From Malacoraja senta (Eukaryota), in NCBI GenBank assembly GCA_038087875.1, contig JAXLNO010000158.1, positions 1 to 64,000 on the forward strand: a stretch of DNA of 64,000 bases, written 5' to 3'. Position 1 is the stretch's first letter; each line of letters begins with the position of its first letter. Both the position numbers and the translations under genes were made by a program. The notes under the pieces were generated by a model, which did no database searches, had not been told where the DNA came from, and saw only the letters and a program-made list of their open reading frames with translations. Of this stretch, positions 1 through 17,498 are shown piece after piece.

Positions 1-5196
<5,196 letters not shown>

Positions 5197-5198
<2 letters not shown>

Positions 5199-5722
5199 CA
5201 GCCATCATAAAGCATTTATTCCTTCCAAACACAGTCGGACCTAATAAAGCATTGCAGTTTCAAGCACAGGCAGGGCAGCAGGCCCAAACAACTCATGGCA
5301 TTGTCATTAAGGGCTAACAAATCATTTATTGCAAGTACATTGCAGACTCACAGTTCAGTTGATTCACAGCTTAGAATGACAGACGTGGCCTCTCCCTCGC
5401 GATCTTGCAGAGTGACTGACTCACGTCCAGGCATCCGGGGTTTTATAGCCCTGCCCCCCCCCCCCCCCCCCGCCCCCGGAATTGGCATTACCTTCATTGT
5501 GGTGATTGACAGGAGAGAGGACCAATCAGCTGATCTCAAGGTTTTTTAAACACTCATAACTTTTTTACTTTTCACCGATGGGAAAAATCCTCGGGGCTGG
5601 CACAGCGGAGGAGGACTGTGAGTAAGATGGCCAAAAATCACAGCGATACAGGGTAGCATTCTTTCTAAAATCGATATAGAGCGCAGAGAGGAAGTGGTCA
5701 AGATGAGACTTTTAATTATATC
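5197..5722. mobile_element. Possible non-autonomous DNA element end (Helitron/HINE-like) adjoining the CA array
   Basis: Non-coding block with a poly-C run, ending in TTTTAATTATA followed by (TA)n. Family assignment is by resemblance only. Confidence 0.25.
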
Positions 5723-5860
5723 TATATATATATATATATACATATATACATATGCATACATACATATCCATACATACACACACACACATATGTACACATA
5801 CACACAAACAATAATAGTACATAAAGACAAAAGTCTATGTAGTTCTGAGCTCATTTGGAG

Positions 5861-6083
5861 GTTCACAAAAATGCTGGAGAAACTCAGCAGGTGCAGCAGC
5901 ATCTATGGAGCGAAGGAGATAGGCAACGTTGGAAATAGGCAACGTTTCGGGCCGAAACCCTTCCGGGTTTCGGCCCGAAACGTTGCCTATTTCCTTTGCT
6001 CCATAGATGCTGCTGCACCCGCTGAGTTTCTCCAGCATTTTTGTGTACCTTCGATTTTCCAGCATCTGCAGTTCCTTCTTAAA
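5861..6083. mobile_element. Penelope-derived palindromic mini-element
   Basis: Two inverted copies of the same terminal sequence that follows the GIY-YIG ORF at 30798-30922. TSD CTCATTTGGAG at 5850-5860 and 6084-6094. Confidence 0.8.
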
Positions 6084-6193
6084 CTCATTTGGAGTTTGTA
6101 GTGTTCACCGGCTCTGACCTCCCCACCATCGAAGGGGTCTATCGTAGTCACTGCCTCAAAAAGGCTGCCAACATCATCAAAGACCTACATCAC

Positions 6194-6895
6194 CAGTCAT
6201 TGAAAGTAGGCATGCAGGTGCAGCAGGCAGGGAAGAAAGTGAATGGTATGTTAGCTTTCATAGCAAAAGGATTTGAGTATAGGAGCAGGGAGGTTCTACT
6301 GCAGTTGTACAGGGTCTTGGTGAGACCACACCTGGAGTATTGCGTACAGTTTTGGTCTCCAAATCTGAGGAAGGACATTATTGCCATAGAGGGAGTGCAG
6401 AGAAGGTTCACCAGACTGATTCCTGGGATGTCAGGACTGTCTTATGAAGAAAGACTGGATTGACTTGATTTATACTCTCTAGAATTTAGGAGATTGAGAG
6501 GGGATCTTATAGAAACTTACAAAATTCTTAAGGGGTTGGACAGGCTAGATGCAGGAAGATTGCTCCCGATGTTGGGGAAGTCCAGGACAAGGGGTCACAG
6601 CTTAAGGATAAGGGGGAAATCCTTTAAAACCGAGATGAGAAGAACCTTTTTCACACAGAGAGTGGTGAATCTCTGGAACTCTCTGCCACAGAGGGTAGTT
6701 GACGCCAGTTCATTGGCTATATTTAAGAGGGAGTTAGATGTGGCCCTTGTGGCTAAAGGTATCAGGGGGCATGGAGAGAATGCAGGTACGGGATACTGAG
6801 TTGGATGATCAGCCATGATCATATTGAATGGCGGTGCAGGCTCGAAGGGCCGAATGGCCTACTCCTGCACCTAATTTCTATGTTTCTATGTTTCT
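6194..6895 (+). mobile_element. CR1 LINE subfamily A, 5'-truncated
   Basis: RT C-terminal peptide [15 protein letters not shown]...RTRGH; (TCTATGTT)n tail; flanked by ATCACC repeats. Confidence 0.9.
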
Positions 6896-7059
6896 ATCAC
6901 CCTGGCCACACACTCATCTCACCGTTGCCATCGGGAAGAAGCTACAGGAGCCTGAAATCTGTAACGTCCAGGTTCAGGAACAGCTACTTCCCCACAGCCA
7001 TCAGGCTATTAAACACTACATCAAATAAGCTCTGAACTATAACAGCCTATTATTATTAT

Positions 7060-7700
7060 GACAATAGACAATAGGTGCAGGACTAGGCCATTTGGCCCTT
7101 CGAGCCAGCACCGCCATTCAATGTGATCATGGCTGATCATCCCCAATCAGTACCCCGTTCCTGCCTTCTCCCCATATCCCCTGACTCCGCTGTTTTTAAG
7201 AGCCCTATCTAGCTTTCTCTTGAAAGCATCCAGAGAAATGCACTATATCTGTTTATATCTGCAGAGATATTGCACTCTATCTGTTTATTTATTGTGTGTA
7301 CATGGTCTATGGTCTACAAACACACTGAACTTTTATCTCCCGCTCTGTATTACGTTTACATATTCTATTAGATACATAGAAAATAGGTGCAGTAGCAGGC
7401 CATTCGGCCCTTCGAGCCTGCACCGCCATTCAATATGATCATGGCTGATCATCCAACTCAGTATCCCGTACCTGCCTTCTCTCCATACCCCCTGATCCCT
7501 TTAGCCACAAGGGCCACATCTAACTCCCTCTTAAATATAGCCAATGAACTGGCCTCAACTACCCTCTGTGGCAGAGAGTTCCAGAGATTCACCACTCTCT
7601 GTGTGAAAAAGTTTTTCCTCATCTCGGTCTTAAAGGATTTCCCCCTTATCCTTAAGCTGTGACCCCTTGTCCTGGACTTCCCCAACATCGGGAACAATAT
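7060..7700 (-). mobile_element. CR1 3' fragments (subfamily B about 7060-7236; subfamily A about 7369-7700)
   Basis: Antisense copies of the CR1 3' ends with their microsatellite tails. Confidence 0.85.
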
Positions 7701-7969
7701 TGTGCTGCAGCAAGTAAGAATGTCATTGTCCTGTCTAGGACACATGACAATAAAACACTCTTGACTCTTAATAGTGATGAAGCTAACTTTGTATTACTTA
7801 CAGATCTGTGGGCTGGAAACTTGCTGCAGGATGGGATTGGACAAACTCTCTTCAAAGGACCCTTATCGGACGTGATGCCGGCCCGAAACCTCGTCCATCC
7901 TCGTTCTCCAGGGATACTGCCTGACCCGCTGGGTTACCGCCAGAGCTTTGTGCCGATCTCCGCTGGACA

Positions 7970-8758
7970 ATGTCTGAGGCCAACATCAGCTCGGCAGACT
8001 CCACCCCCAACACAACCACCAATGCCTGCACCAAATACTCAGTGTCGGTCAAGGTCCCCATTATCTTCATGACCATCGGGATTGTATCCAACAGCATTGC
8101 CTTTGTCATTCTGGTGAAGGCTTACAAGAGGTTCAGGCAGAAATGGAGAGCTTCCTTCCTGCTGTTTGCCAGCTCGCTGGTCTTCACGGATTGCTTGGGG
8201 CATATCATCACCGGGGCAATAACGGTCAGCATCTACGCCCAGGGGAAGGACTGGGAGGAACTTGACCCTTACGGGTACCTCTGTTCCATCCTGGGGACCT
8301 GCATGGTGTTCTTTGGGCTGGTTGCGTTGTTCCTGGGCAGCGTCATGGCGATCGAGAGATGCCTGGGTATCACGCAACCTTTCTTCCACTCCGTCAACAT
8401 GAGGGCGCGCTGCGCCAAGATAATCCTGGGCTCCATCTGGACGTTTGCCCTGTGCATCTCCCTGCTCCCCAACCTGCACGTCGGAGAATACACCGTCCAG
8501 TGCACCCAGACCTGGTGCTTTATAAAGACCCAAAACATCACCCTGGCGAAAGAGAGAGCGATTCTGCTCCTCTTCTCATTCCTGGGCTTGGGCGCCCTGG
8601 GCATCTCCTTGATATGCAACACGATCAGTGGCGTGACTCTGGTGAGGACACGGGTCAAGAACAAACCCCATCGCAGGGGAAAGTCCCAGCATGTGGAGAT
8701 GTTGGTCCAGCTAGTGACCGTCATGTGTGTCTCCTGCATCTGCTGGGGACCATTCCTG
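7970..8758 (+). CDS. ptgfr: Prostaglandin F2-alpha receptor (FP), first coding exon (N-terminus to TM6)
   Basis: 263 codons closely resembling PTGFR: IFMTIGIVSNS, KAYKRFRQK.RASFLL, TD..GH, SVMAIERC, TWCF, LLLFSFLGL, VSCICWGPFL. The phase-0 donor CTG|GTAAGA at 8759 sits at the prostanoid-receptor TM6 intron position. Confidence 0.93.
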
Positions 8759-9118
8759 GTAAGACATCCTCTGCTTTTAACTTCAAGAGTGTTTAATTGC
8801 CAATTAATTGTCATAGAAGCCTACTGAGTAATGACTGGCCTCGATAGCATGGATGTGAAAGGGGTTGCTTCCACTAGTTTGGTTTAGTTCAGTTTAGTTT
8901 TGTTCTTTTTTCTCCAGGAAAAGGCAGGAAAAAAAGATTATACTTGAAAGCCGTGATCCTTTAAAAAAAAAAAAAGGGATAACAAGAATATTTCTCAGAT
9001 CTCATGGTGAAAGGTTGACCATCACGTTTCCAATATTACAAGAATGTGATTGTCTGTACAGAAGTAAGCCTATAAAATTCATAAACAATGAGCTAGAGGT
9101 GTATGTGTTGTATGAAGG

Positions 9119-9212
9119 TGGACACAAAATGCTGGAGTAACTCAGTGGGACAGGCAGCATCTCTGGAGAGAAGGAATGGGTGACGTTTCGGGTCGAGACC
9201 CTTCTTCAGACT
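9119..9212 (-). mobile_element. Penelope-derived mini-element with intact minimal hammerhead core (9182-9209)
   Basis: Minus strand reads CTGAAGA-A-GGGT-CTCG-ACCC-GAAAC-GTC. Confidence 0.75.
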
Positions 9213-9417
9213 ATATAATGCTGGTAATGTGAAGCATGCAGAATCAATCCAAAGGGATTATAACTGGATAGAAGGAAATAGATACATCTTTCAAATACAA
9301 TAGAAATCAGGGAACTTAATGTTCCTGCAATATTAAGGTCAAATTTATTTTGTTTTATCATTTGGCAACTCAGAGAGTTGGAACTATTGATGAGAATAAT
9401 ATTTCTATATTTCATTT

Positions 9418-10038
9418 TGAGTTGAGTTGAGTTGAGTTGAGTTGAGTTGGAGTGGAGTGGAGTGGAGTTGAGTTGAGTTGAGTTGAGTTGAGTTGAGTTG
9501 AGTTGAGTTGAGTTGAGTTGAGTTGAGTTGAGTTGAGTTGAGTTGAGTTGAGTTGAGTTGAGTGGAGTGGAGTGGAGTGGAGTGGAGTGGAGTTGAGTTG
9601 AGTTGAGTTGGAGTTGAGTTGAGTTGAGTTGGAGTTGAGTGGAGTGGAGTGGAGTGGAGTGGAGTGGAGTGGAGTGGAGTGGAGTGGAGTGGAGTTGAGT
9701 TGAGTTGAGTTGAGTTGAGTTGAGTGGAGTTGAGTGGAGTGGAGTGGAGTGGAGTGGAGTTGAGTTGAGTTGGAGTGGAGTGGAGTGGAGTGGAGTTGAG
9801 TGGAGTTGAGTTGAGTTGAGTTGAGTTGAGTTGAGTAGAGTAGAGTGGAGTGGAGTGGAGTGGAGTGGAGTGGAGTGGTGGAGTTGAGTTGAGTTGAGTT
9901 GAGTTGAGTTGAGTGGAGTGGAGTGGAGTGGAGTTGAGTTGAGTTGAGTTTGAGTTGAGTGGAGTGGAGTGGAGTGGAGTGGAGTGGAGTGGAGTGGAGT
10001 GGAGTGGAGTGGAGTTGAGTTGAGTTGAGGAGTTGAGT
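9418..10038. repeat. (GAGTT/GAGTG)n pentanucleotide array
   Basis: About 620 bp of alternating GAGTT and GAGTG blocks. Confidence 0.97.
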
Positions 10039-10510
10039 TTATCGTCATGTGTACCGAGGTACAGGGAAAAGCTTTCTGTTGCGTGCATGCTATCCAGTCA
10101 AAGAAAAGACTACATGAATACAAAGAAGCCATCTACAGTGTACAGATAAAGGATAAAGGGTACAACATTCAGTGCAAGATATCACATTAAAGTTAGTTCA
10201 AAGGTCTCCAGTCAGGTAGATAGGAGGTCATTCTGTTGCGTGCTATCCAGTTAGTGGAAAGACAATACATGATTACAATCGAGCCATCCACATTGTACAG
10301 ATACAGGATAAAGGGAATAACATTTAGTGCAAGATTCAGTCCAGTAAAGTCCAATTAAAGATAGTCCAAAAGTCTTCAATGAGGTAGATGGTAGCTTTGG
10401 ACTGCTCTCTAGTTGTTGGTAGGATGGTTCAGTTGCCTGGTATGAATTGGGAAGAAATTGAATCTGAATCTGGAGGTGTGCGTTTTTACACTTCTGTACC
10501 TCTTGCCTGA
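10039..10510 (-). mobile_element. L2/Rex-type LINE 3' fragments
   Basis: The TTTAT(C/T)GTCA(C/T)GTGTACCGAGGTACAG 3'-end motif recurs near 22840, 35230 and 54465. Confidence 0.6.
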
Positions 10511-11594
10511 GAGTCTAGGACCAGAGGGCACAGCCACAAAATAAAAAAAGGACGTACCATTGGAATGGAGATGCGGAGGAATTTCTTTAGCTAGAGGGTG
10601 GTGAATCTGTGGAATTCATTGCCTCAGACAGCCTGTTAATAGTTCGTAAGTCATAGGAGCATAATTAGGCCATTCAGCCCATCGAGTCTACTCCGCCATT
10701 CAATCACGGCTGGTCTATCTTTCCCTCTCAACCCCATTCTTCTGCCTTCTCCCCATGACCTTTGACCTTTACGCTGGTGTATCTTACTTGCAGCAAGCTA
10801 TCGGGTATTTGTAAAGCGATTGATAGATTCTTAATTAGTGCGGGTGTCAGGGGAGTTACGGGGAGAAGGCAGGGGAATGGGGTTAGGAGGGAGAGATAGA
10901 TCAGCCATGATCGAATGGCGGAGTAGACCTGATGGGCCGAATGGCCTAATTCTACTGTGTCTCATAGGCGGACAACAGAACTATGACACCGTCACATACA
11001 GGTCATGTAAACTCAATCCACATAGAAAACATATAACTAACCAAAAAAAAGCCTTGAGTCAGAAGGTCATAAGGTCATGAGGTCATAAGGTCATAAGGTC
11101 ATAAGTGATAGGTGTAGAATCAGGCCATTCGGCCCATCAAGTCTACTCTGCCATTCAATAGACAATAGACAATAGACAATAGGTGCAGGAGTAGGCCATT
11201 CGGCCCTTCGAGCCAGCACAGCCATCCAATGTGATCATGGCTGATCATCCCCAATCAGTACCCCGTTCCTGCCTTCTCCCCATATCCCCTGACTCCGCTA
11301 TTTTTAAGAGCCCTATCTAGCTCTCTCTTGAAAGCATCTAGAGAACCTGCCTCCACCGCCCTCTGAGGCAGAGAATTCCACAGAATTCATGGCTGATCTA
11401 TCTCACCCTCCTAACCCCATTCTCCTGCCTTCTCCCCATAATCCTTAATCAAGAATCTATCTATCTCCGCCTGAAATATATCCACTTGGCCTCCACAGCC
11501 CTGTGGCAAAGAATTCCACAGATTCACCACCCTCTGACTAAAGAAATTCCTCCTCATCTCCTTCCTAAAAGAGCGTCCTTTAATTCTGGTGGCA

Positions 11595-11878
11595 GACACA
11601 AAATGCTGGAGTAACTCAGCGGGACAGGCAGCATCTCTGGAGAGAAGGAATGGGTGACGTTTTGGTTTGCGACCCTTCTTCCGACTGATGTCAGGGGAGT
11701 GGGCGGGACAGAGATAGAATGTAGTCGGAGACAGTAAGACTGGTGGGAGAACTGGGAATGGGGAGGGATGGAGAGAGAGAGGGAAAGCAAGGGCTATCTG
11801 AAGTTAGAGAAGTCAATGTTCATACCGCTGAGGTGTAAACTACCCAAGCGAAATATGAGGTGCTGCTCCTCCAATTTG
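11595..11878 (-). mobile_element. Penelope 3' fragment (GIY-YIG C-terminus plus terminal repeat), second subfamily
   Basis: Minus strand encodes KLEEQHLIFRLGSLHLSGMNIDFSNFR*, followed by a decayed hammerhead-containing repeat. Confidence 0.8.
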
Positions 11879-12024
11879 TTTACTGCTGGTGGCCAGAATC
11901 TGATGGCTGGTAGGAAGCAGCTGTTCTTAAACCTGGAGATCACGTTTTCCGACTCCTGTAGGTCATTCCTAATGTTAGCAGCGAGATGAGAGCGTGGCCA
12001 GGGTGTTGTGGCTCTTTCGTTTTA

Positions 12025-12318
12025 GCTTTTATTTTAGTTTTGGAGATACAGCGCGGAACCAGGCCCTTCGGCCCACCGAGTGCGCGCCGGCCAGCGATCC
12101 CCGCACGCTAACACCATCCTGCACACACTAGGGACAATTTGCAATGATACCTGGCCAATTTACCTACAAACCTGTACGCCTTTGGAGTGTGGGAGGAAAC
12201 CGGAGATCCCGGAGAAACGGGGAGAACGTACAAACTCCGCACAGACAGCACCCGCAGTCAGGATCGAACCCGGGTCTCTGGCGCTGTGAGGCAGCAACTC
12301 CACCGCTGCGCCACCCTG
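12025..12318 (-). mobile_element. tRNA-derived V-type SINE (HE1-like)
   Basis: A box TGGCGCAGCGG, B box GGTTCGATCC, CR1-like 3' end with an AAACT-type tail. Further copies near 12712, 13590-13895, 23625-24402, 24421-24960, 27265-27572, 32700, 34125, 35645, 57315-58630 and 63925. Confidence 0.85.
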
Positions 12319-12444
12319 CCGGCCTTTGTTGATAGATGAGTGAATACTACAGGTGCACACAGTACTCCAGTTGCAGCCAAACCAATGTTTGTAACGTTGT
12401 ACCATCACCTCCCTGTTCCTATATCCTCTTCTCCTTCCCTCCCT

Positions 12445-12606
12445 ATCTCTCCCTCAGCCCTCGGGCTCCTCCTCCTCCTTTTTCCTTTCTTCTCCCCCCC
12501 ACCCTATCAGTCTGAGGAAGGGTTTCGGCCCGAAACGTTGCCTATTTCCGTCGCTCCATAGATGCTGCTGCACCCGCTGAGTTTCTCCAGAATTTTTGTC
12601 TACCTC
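12445..12606 (+). mobile_element. Penelope 3' terminal fragment with hammerhead core (12512-12539)
   Basis: Matches 30720-30890; core CTGAGGA-A-GGGT-TTCG-GCCC-GAAAC-GTT. Confidence 0.75.
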
Positions 12607-13029
12607 CTATATTTCTTACCCTGGCTGATGGAGACAAATATCCCATATCCCTTGTCCTCCACCCCACCCTGTCATCTTCAGTGAACCTTGGACTTGGATA
12701 GAACATAGTCCATAGAACTGCTGCCTCACAGCGCCAGGTTCAATCCTGACCACGGGTGCCGTCTGTACGGAGTTTGTACGTTCTCCCCGTGACCTGCGCG
12801 GGTTTTCTCCGGGTGCTGCGGTTTCCTCCCGCACTCCAAAGACGTGCGGGTTTGTAGGTTAATTGGCTTCTGTAAATTTTCCCTCTCCCCCCGCCCGATG
12901 TGTAGGATGTGTACAAAATCGTGAGAGGAATAGATCGGGTAAACACACACAGAGTCTCTTGGCCAGTGGAGGGGAAATCGAGCACCAGAGCACGCCAGAG
13001 GTTTAAGGTGAGGGGGAGTAAAAGATTTA

Positions 13030-13348
13030 AGGGTCTGTCCCACTGTACGAGGTAATTGAAGAGCTCTCCCGAGTTTAAAAAAAAATCAAAACTCGTGGTA
13101 AGCACGTAGAATGTGCGTAGCGGGTACGTCGGAGCTCGGGGACGTCTCTTAGCGGCTCGTAACGCTAACGGCAGGTACTCGGGAAACGCGGCAAGCTCGT
13201 GAAGACTCGTGAAGATTTTTCAACATGTTGAAAAATGTCCACGAGAGCCCCGAGTACCTACGAGCGGCTATTACCGTAATTCTCCGAGTTCGAATCAGGG
13301 GAAACTCGGGAGAACTCTTGTATTAGCTCGTCCAGTGGGACAGCCCCT
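13030..13348. mobile_element. PIF/Harbinger-type MITE
   Basis: TIRs AGGGTCTGTCCCACTG / CAGTGGGACAGCCCCT; TTA TSD; inserted in a CR1 fragment. Confidence 0.8.
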
Positions 13349-14296
13349 TTAACAAGAACTTTGTTGAGAAAGTCTCCGCTGTTCTGTGAGATGTCCTTTT
13401 TGTCTGTTCCCACCTGTTCCGTAATTACATTACTAGGCAACTGGGCTCCACGTGAAAGCCAGATTCAGGCTGCAGGTGAATCACAAAATTCTCTCCAACA
13501 GAGGGATATAAGCCAGATATGGGCAAATGGGACTAACATAGAAGGGTATCTTGGTCAGCATGGCCGAATTGGGCTGAAGGGCGCAATTTAGTTTGACTTA
13601 GTTCCGTTGAGAGATACCAGCAATGCAACACGCCCTTCAGCCCACCGAGCTTGTGCCGACCAGCGACCCCCCGCCCCCCGTACACTAGTTCTATCCTACA
13701 CATGCTAGGGGCAATTTACAGAAGCCTATCTACACATCTTTGGAATGTGGGAGGAAACCAGAGCACCCGGAGAAAACCCACGTGGTCACGGGGAGAACGT
13801 ACAAACTCCGTGCAGACAGCGCCCGCAGTCAGGATCGAACCCGGGTCTCTGGCGCTGTGAGGCAGCAACTCTACCGCTGCGCCACCGTGCCGCCCTCCAA
13901 TACCGAATGGAGAAATGTCATCTCAGTTCTTTGCTGTTGCTGCTCCTATATTATTGTTTATATCTTTTCTAAATGCTGACTCCATATATCGACTCTTGGC
14001 AGGAGACTGCACATCTAGGAAAAACTCATAAACAGCCTCGAGGAGACCCGAAGGAATAATTTTGCATGTTTCAATGAGATCACTTCTGAATCCACGCAGC
14101 CTCAGTCGGCAAGAGGCCCCATAAAACCAATCTTAGTCACTCTCAGAGTTTACTGAACAGAACAGTCATAGTCTTGTAGATGCAACTACGAGAGAGTTCT
14201 AAATTATTTCACCGGGTTTGGTGGGGGGGGGGGGCATCAAAAAAACATTTTTTTATCACAATTGCCGAATAACATATTATATATCTGGTTGGGCAA

Positions 14297-16401
14297 TTTG
14301 TAACGAGTTGGTCTCCATTTATCGACTTTTTGGAAGCATATGGTGTATGGAAAAAAAATCGTAGAAACTAACTGTTTTAGGACTGGGTGAAGGATGGCCA
14401 AGAATATAAATAACGATCTCCTTAATCTCTTACTTGCTACTCTTTTTCTTTCTATCTTTTCTTCACTTTTCCCCTTTCCCCCCTTTTTCCTTTTCACACA
14501 CCATATTTCACCCGTTTTTCTATCTTTTATTATAGAAACATAGAAACATAGAAAATAGGTGCAGGAGTAGGCCATTCGGCCCTTCGAGCCTGCACCGCCA
14601 TTCGATATGATCATGGCTGATCATCCAACTCAGTATCCCATTCCTGCCTTCTCTCCATACCCCCTGATCCCTTTAGCCACAAGGGCCACATCTAACTCCC
14701 TCTTAAATATAGCCAATGAACTGGCCTCGACTACCTTCTGTGGCAGAGAATTCCACAGATTCACCACTCTCTGTGTAAAAAATGATTTCCTCATCTCGGT
14801 CCTAAAAGACTTCCCTCTTATCCTTAAACTGTGACTCCTAGTTCTGGACTTCACCAACATCGGGAATAATCTTCCTGCATCTAGCCTGTCCAACCCCTTA
14901 AGAATTTTGTAAGTTTCTATAAGATCCCCCCTCAGTCTTCTGAATTCCAACGTGTACAAGCCGAGTCTATCCAGTCTTTCCTCATATGAAAGTCCTGCCA
15001 TCCCAGGAATCAGTCTGGTGAACCTTCTCTGTACTCACTCTATGGCAAGAATGTCTTTCCTCAGATTAGGAGACCAAAACTGTACGCAATACTCCCGGTG
15101 TGGTCTCACCAAGACCCTGTACAACTGCAGTAGAACCTCCCTGCTCTTATACTCAAATCCTTTTGCTATGAATGCTAACATACCATTTGCTTTCTTCACT
15201 GCCTCCTGCACCTGCATTCCCACTTTCAATGACTGGTGTACCATGACACCCAGGTCTCGTTGCATCTCCCCTTTTCCTAATCGGCCACCATTCAGATAAT
15301 AGTCTACTTTCCTGTTTTTGCCACCAAAGTGGATAACCTCACATTTATCCTGCATCTGCCATGCCTTTGCCCACTCACCCAACCTATCCAAGTCACCTTG
15401 CAGCCTCCTAGCATCCTCCTCACAGCTAACACTGCCCCCCAGCTTCGTGTCATCCGCAAACTTGGAGATGTTGCATTCAATTCCCTCATCCAGATCATTA
15501 ATATATATTGTAAATAGCTGGGGTCCCAGCACTGAGCCTTGCGGTACCCCACTAGTCACTGCCTGCCATTGTGAAAAGGACCCGTTTACTCCTACTCTTT
15601 GCTTCCTGTCTGCCAGCCAGTTCTCTATCCACATCAATACTGAACCCCCAATACCATGTGCTTTAAGTTTGTATCCTAATCTCTTATGTTGGACCTTGTC
15701 GAAAGCCTTCTGAAACTCCAGATACACCACATCCACTGGTTCTCCCTTATCCACTCTACTAGTTACATCCTCGAAAAATTCTATAAGATTCGTCAGACAT
15801 GATTTACCTTTCGTAAATCCATGCTGACTTTGTCCAATGATTTCACCACTTTCCAAATGTGCTGCTATCCCATCTTTAATAAATGACTCTGGCAGTTTCC
15901 TCACTACCGATGTTAGACTAACTGGTCTGTAATTCCCCGTTTTCTCTCTCCCTCCCTTTTTAAAAAGTGGGGTTACATTAGCTACCCTCCAGACCTCAGG
16001 AACTACTCCAGAATCTAAAGAGTTTTGAAAAATTATCACTAATGCATCCACTATTTCTGCGGCTACTTCCTTAAGTACTCTGGGATGCAGCCTATCTGGC
16101 CCTGGGGATTTATCGGCCTTTAATCCAATCAATTTATCGAACACCACTTCCTTCCCGGCTAACCTGGATTTCACTCAGTTCCTCCATCTCATTTAACCCC
16201 CGGTCCCCTGCTATTTCCGGCAGATTATTTATGTCTTCCTTAGTGATTCTATTCTCTCTTTTTCTCTTTCATTATTAAAAAAAAAAAAAAATGAAGCTGT
16301 ACACAAAATGTAACCTGTCAATATATATTAGGCACCTTGGTGCCATATTAATGTACTTACTTCCAATAAAATTAAAAAAAAAATAAAAAAAAAAAAAAAA
16401 A
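14297..16401 (+). mobile_element. L1/Tx1-like 3' fragment with poly(A)
   Basis: AATAAA plus poly(A) at about 16366-16401; 14-bp TSD ATCTGGTTGGGCAA (14283-14296, 16402-16415); interrupted by a CR1. Confidence 0.65.
14534..16246 (-). mobile_element. CR1 subfamily A, 5'-truncated (RT domain)
   Basis: ORF 15035-16174 with [29 protein letters not shown] and KFADD. Confidence 0.93.
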
Positions 16402-16730
16402 ATCTGGTTGGGCAACTCGAACTCCCAGGAACAAAGAAGATTGCACAAAGTGGTGGACACTGCCCCGATCCATCACAGGTACTGACCTCCCTCCCCGCCA
16501 TTGAAGGGGTCTACAGGAGTCGCTGCCTCAAAAAGGCAGCCAGCATCATCTGAGACCCACACCCCTCTGGTCACCCTCATATTTCACCCCTGCCATCGGG
16601 AAGAAGGTACAGGAGCCTGACAAACTGTAACAATAGACAATAGACAATAGACAATAGGTGCAGGAGTAGGCCATTCGGCCCTTCGAGCCAGCACCGCCAT
16701 TCAATGTGATCATGGCTGATCATCCCCAAA

Positions 16731-17284
16731 CTGCGTACAGTTTTGGTCTCCAAATCTGAGGAAGGACATTATAGCCATAGAGGAGTACAGGACGAGAAGG
16801 TACACCAGACTGATTCCTGGGATGTCAGGACTTTCATATGAAGAAAGACTGGATAGACTTATACTCGCTAGAATTTAGGAGATTGAGAGGGGATCTTATA
16901 GAAACGTACACAATTCTTATGGGGTTGGACAGGCTAGATGCAGGAAGATTGTTCCCGATGTTGGGGAAGTCCAGGACAAGGGGTCACAGCTTAAGGATAA
17001 GGGGGAAATCCTTTAAGACCGAGATGAGAAAAACATTTTTCACACAGAGAGTGGTGAATCTCTGGAACTCTCTGCCACAGAGGGTAGTCGAGGCCAGTTC
17101 ATTGGCTATATTTAAGAGGGAGTTAGATGTGGCCCTTGGGGCTAAGGGGATCAGGGGGTATGGAGAGAAGGCAGGTACGGGATACTGAGTTGGATGATCA
17201 GCCATGATCATATTGAATGGCGGTGCAGGCTCGAAGGGCCGAATGGCCTACTCCTGCACCTATTTTCTATGTATCTATGTATCT
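16731..17284 (+). mobile_element. CR1 subfamily A 3' fragment inserted into a subfamily B 3' end
   Basis: Host sequence CATCCCCAA|...|AATCAGTACCCCG is split around it. Confidence 0.85.
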
Positions 17285-17498
17285 AATCAGTACCCCGTTC
17301 CTGCCTTCTCCCCATATCCCCTGTGACTCCGCTATTTTTAAGAGCCCTATCTAGCTCTCTCTTGAAAGCATCCAGAGAACCTCCTCCACCGCCCTCTGAC
17401 GTGCCACAGAATCACAATTCGTCGCCACAGAAGGCTGTGGAGGCCAAGTCAATGGATATTGTTAAAAAATGGAGATTGATTAGTACGGGTGTCAGGGG

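Larger units (their letters stand above)
6100..7770 (+). mobile_element. Rex1/Babar-like LINE 3' fragment, split by CR1 insertions
   Basis: Peptides DLPTIEGVYRSHCLKKAANIIKD and HPGHTLISPLPSGRSYRSL...RFRNSYFPTAIRLLN; 3' end ATGACAATAAA near 7745. Confidence 0.7.

Noticed and set aside
8759..8827. ORF extension past PFL to a stop at 8827
   Set aside because: Read-through into the intron beyond a canonical GTAAGA donor; PTGFR similarity ends there.
9206..10132. STPLH/STQLN repeat proteins
   Set aside because: Translation of the pentamer array.
12240..12318. tRNA gene
   Set aside because: The A/B boxes belong to SINE heads followed by SINE body; there is no complete cloverleaf.
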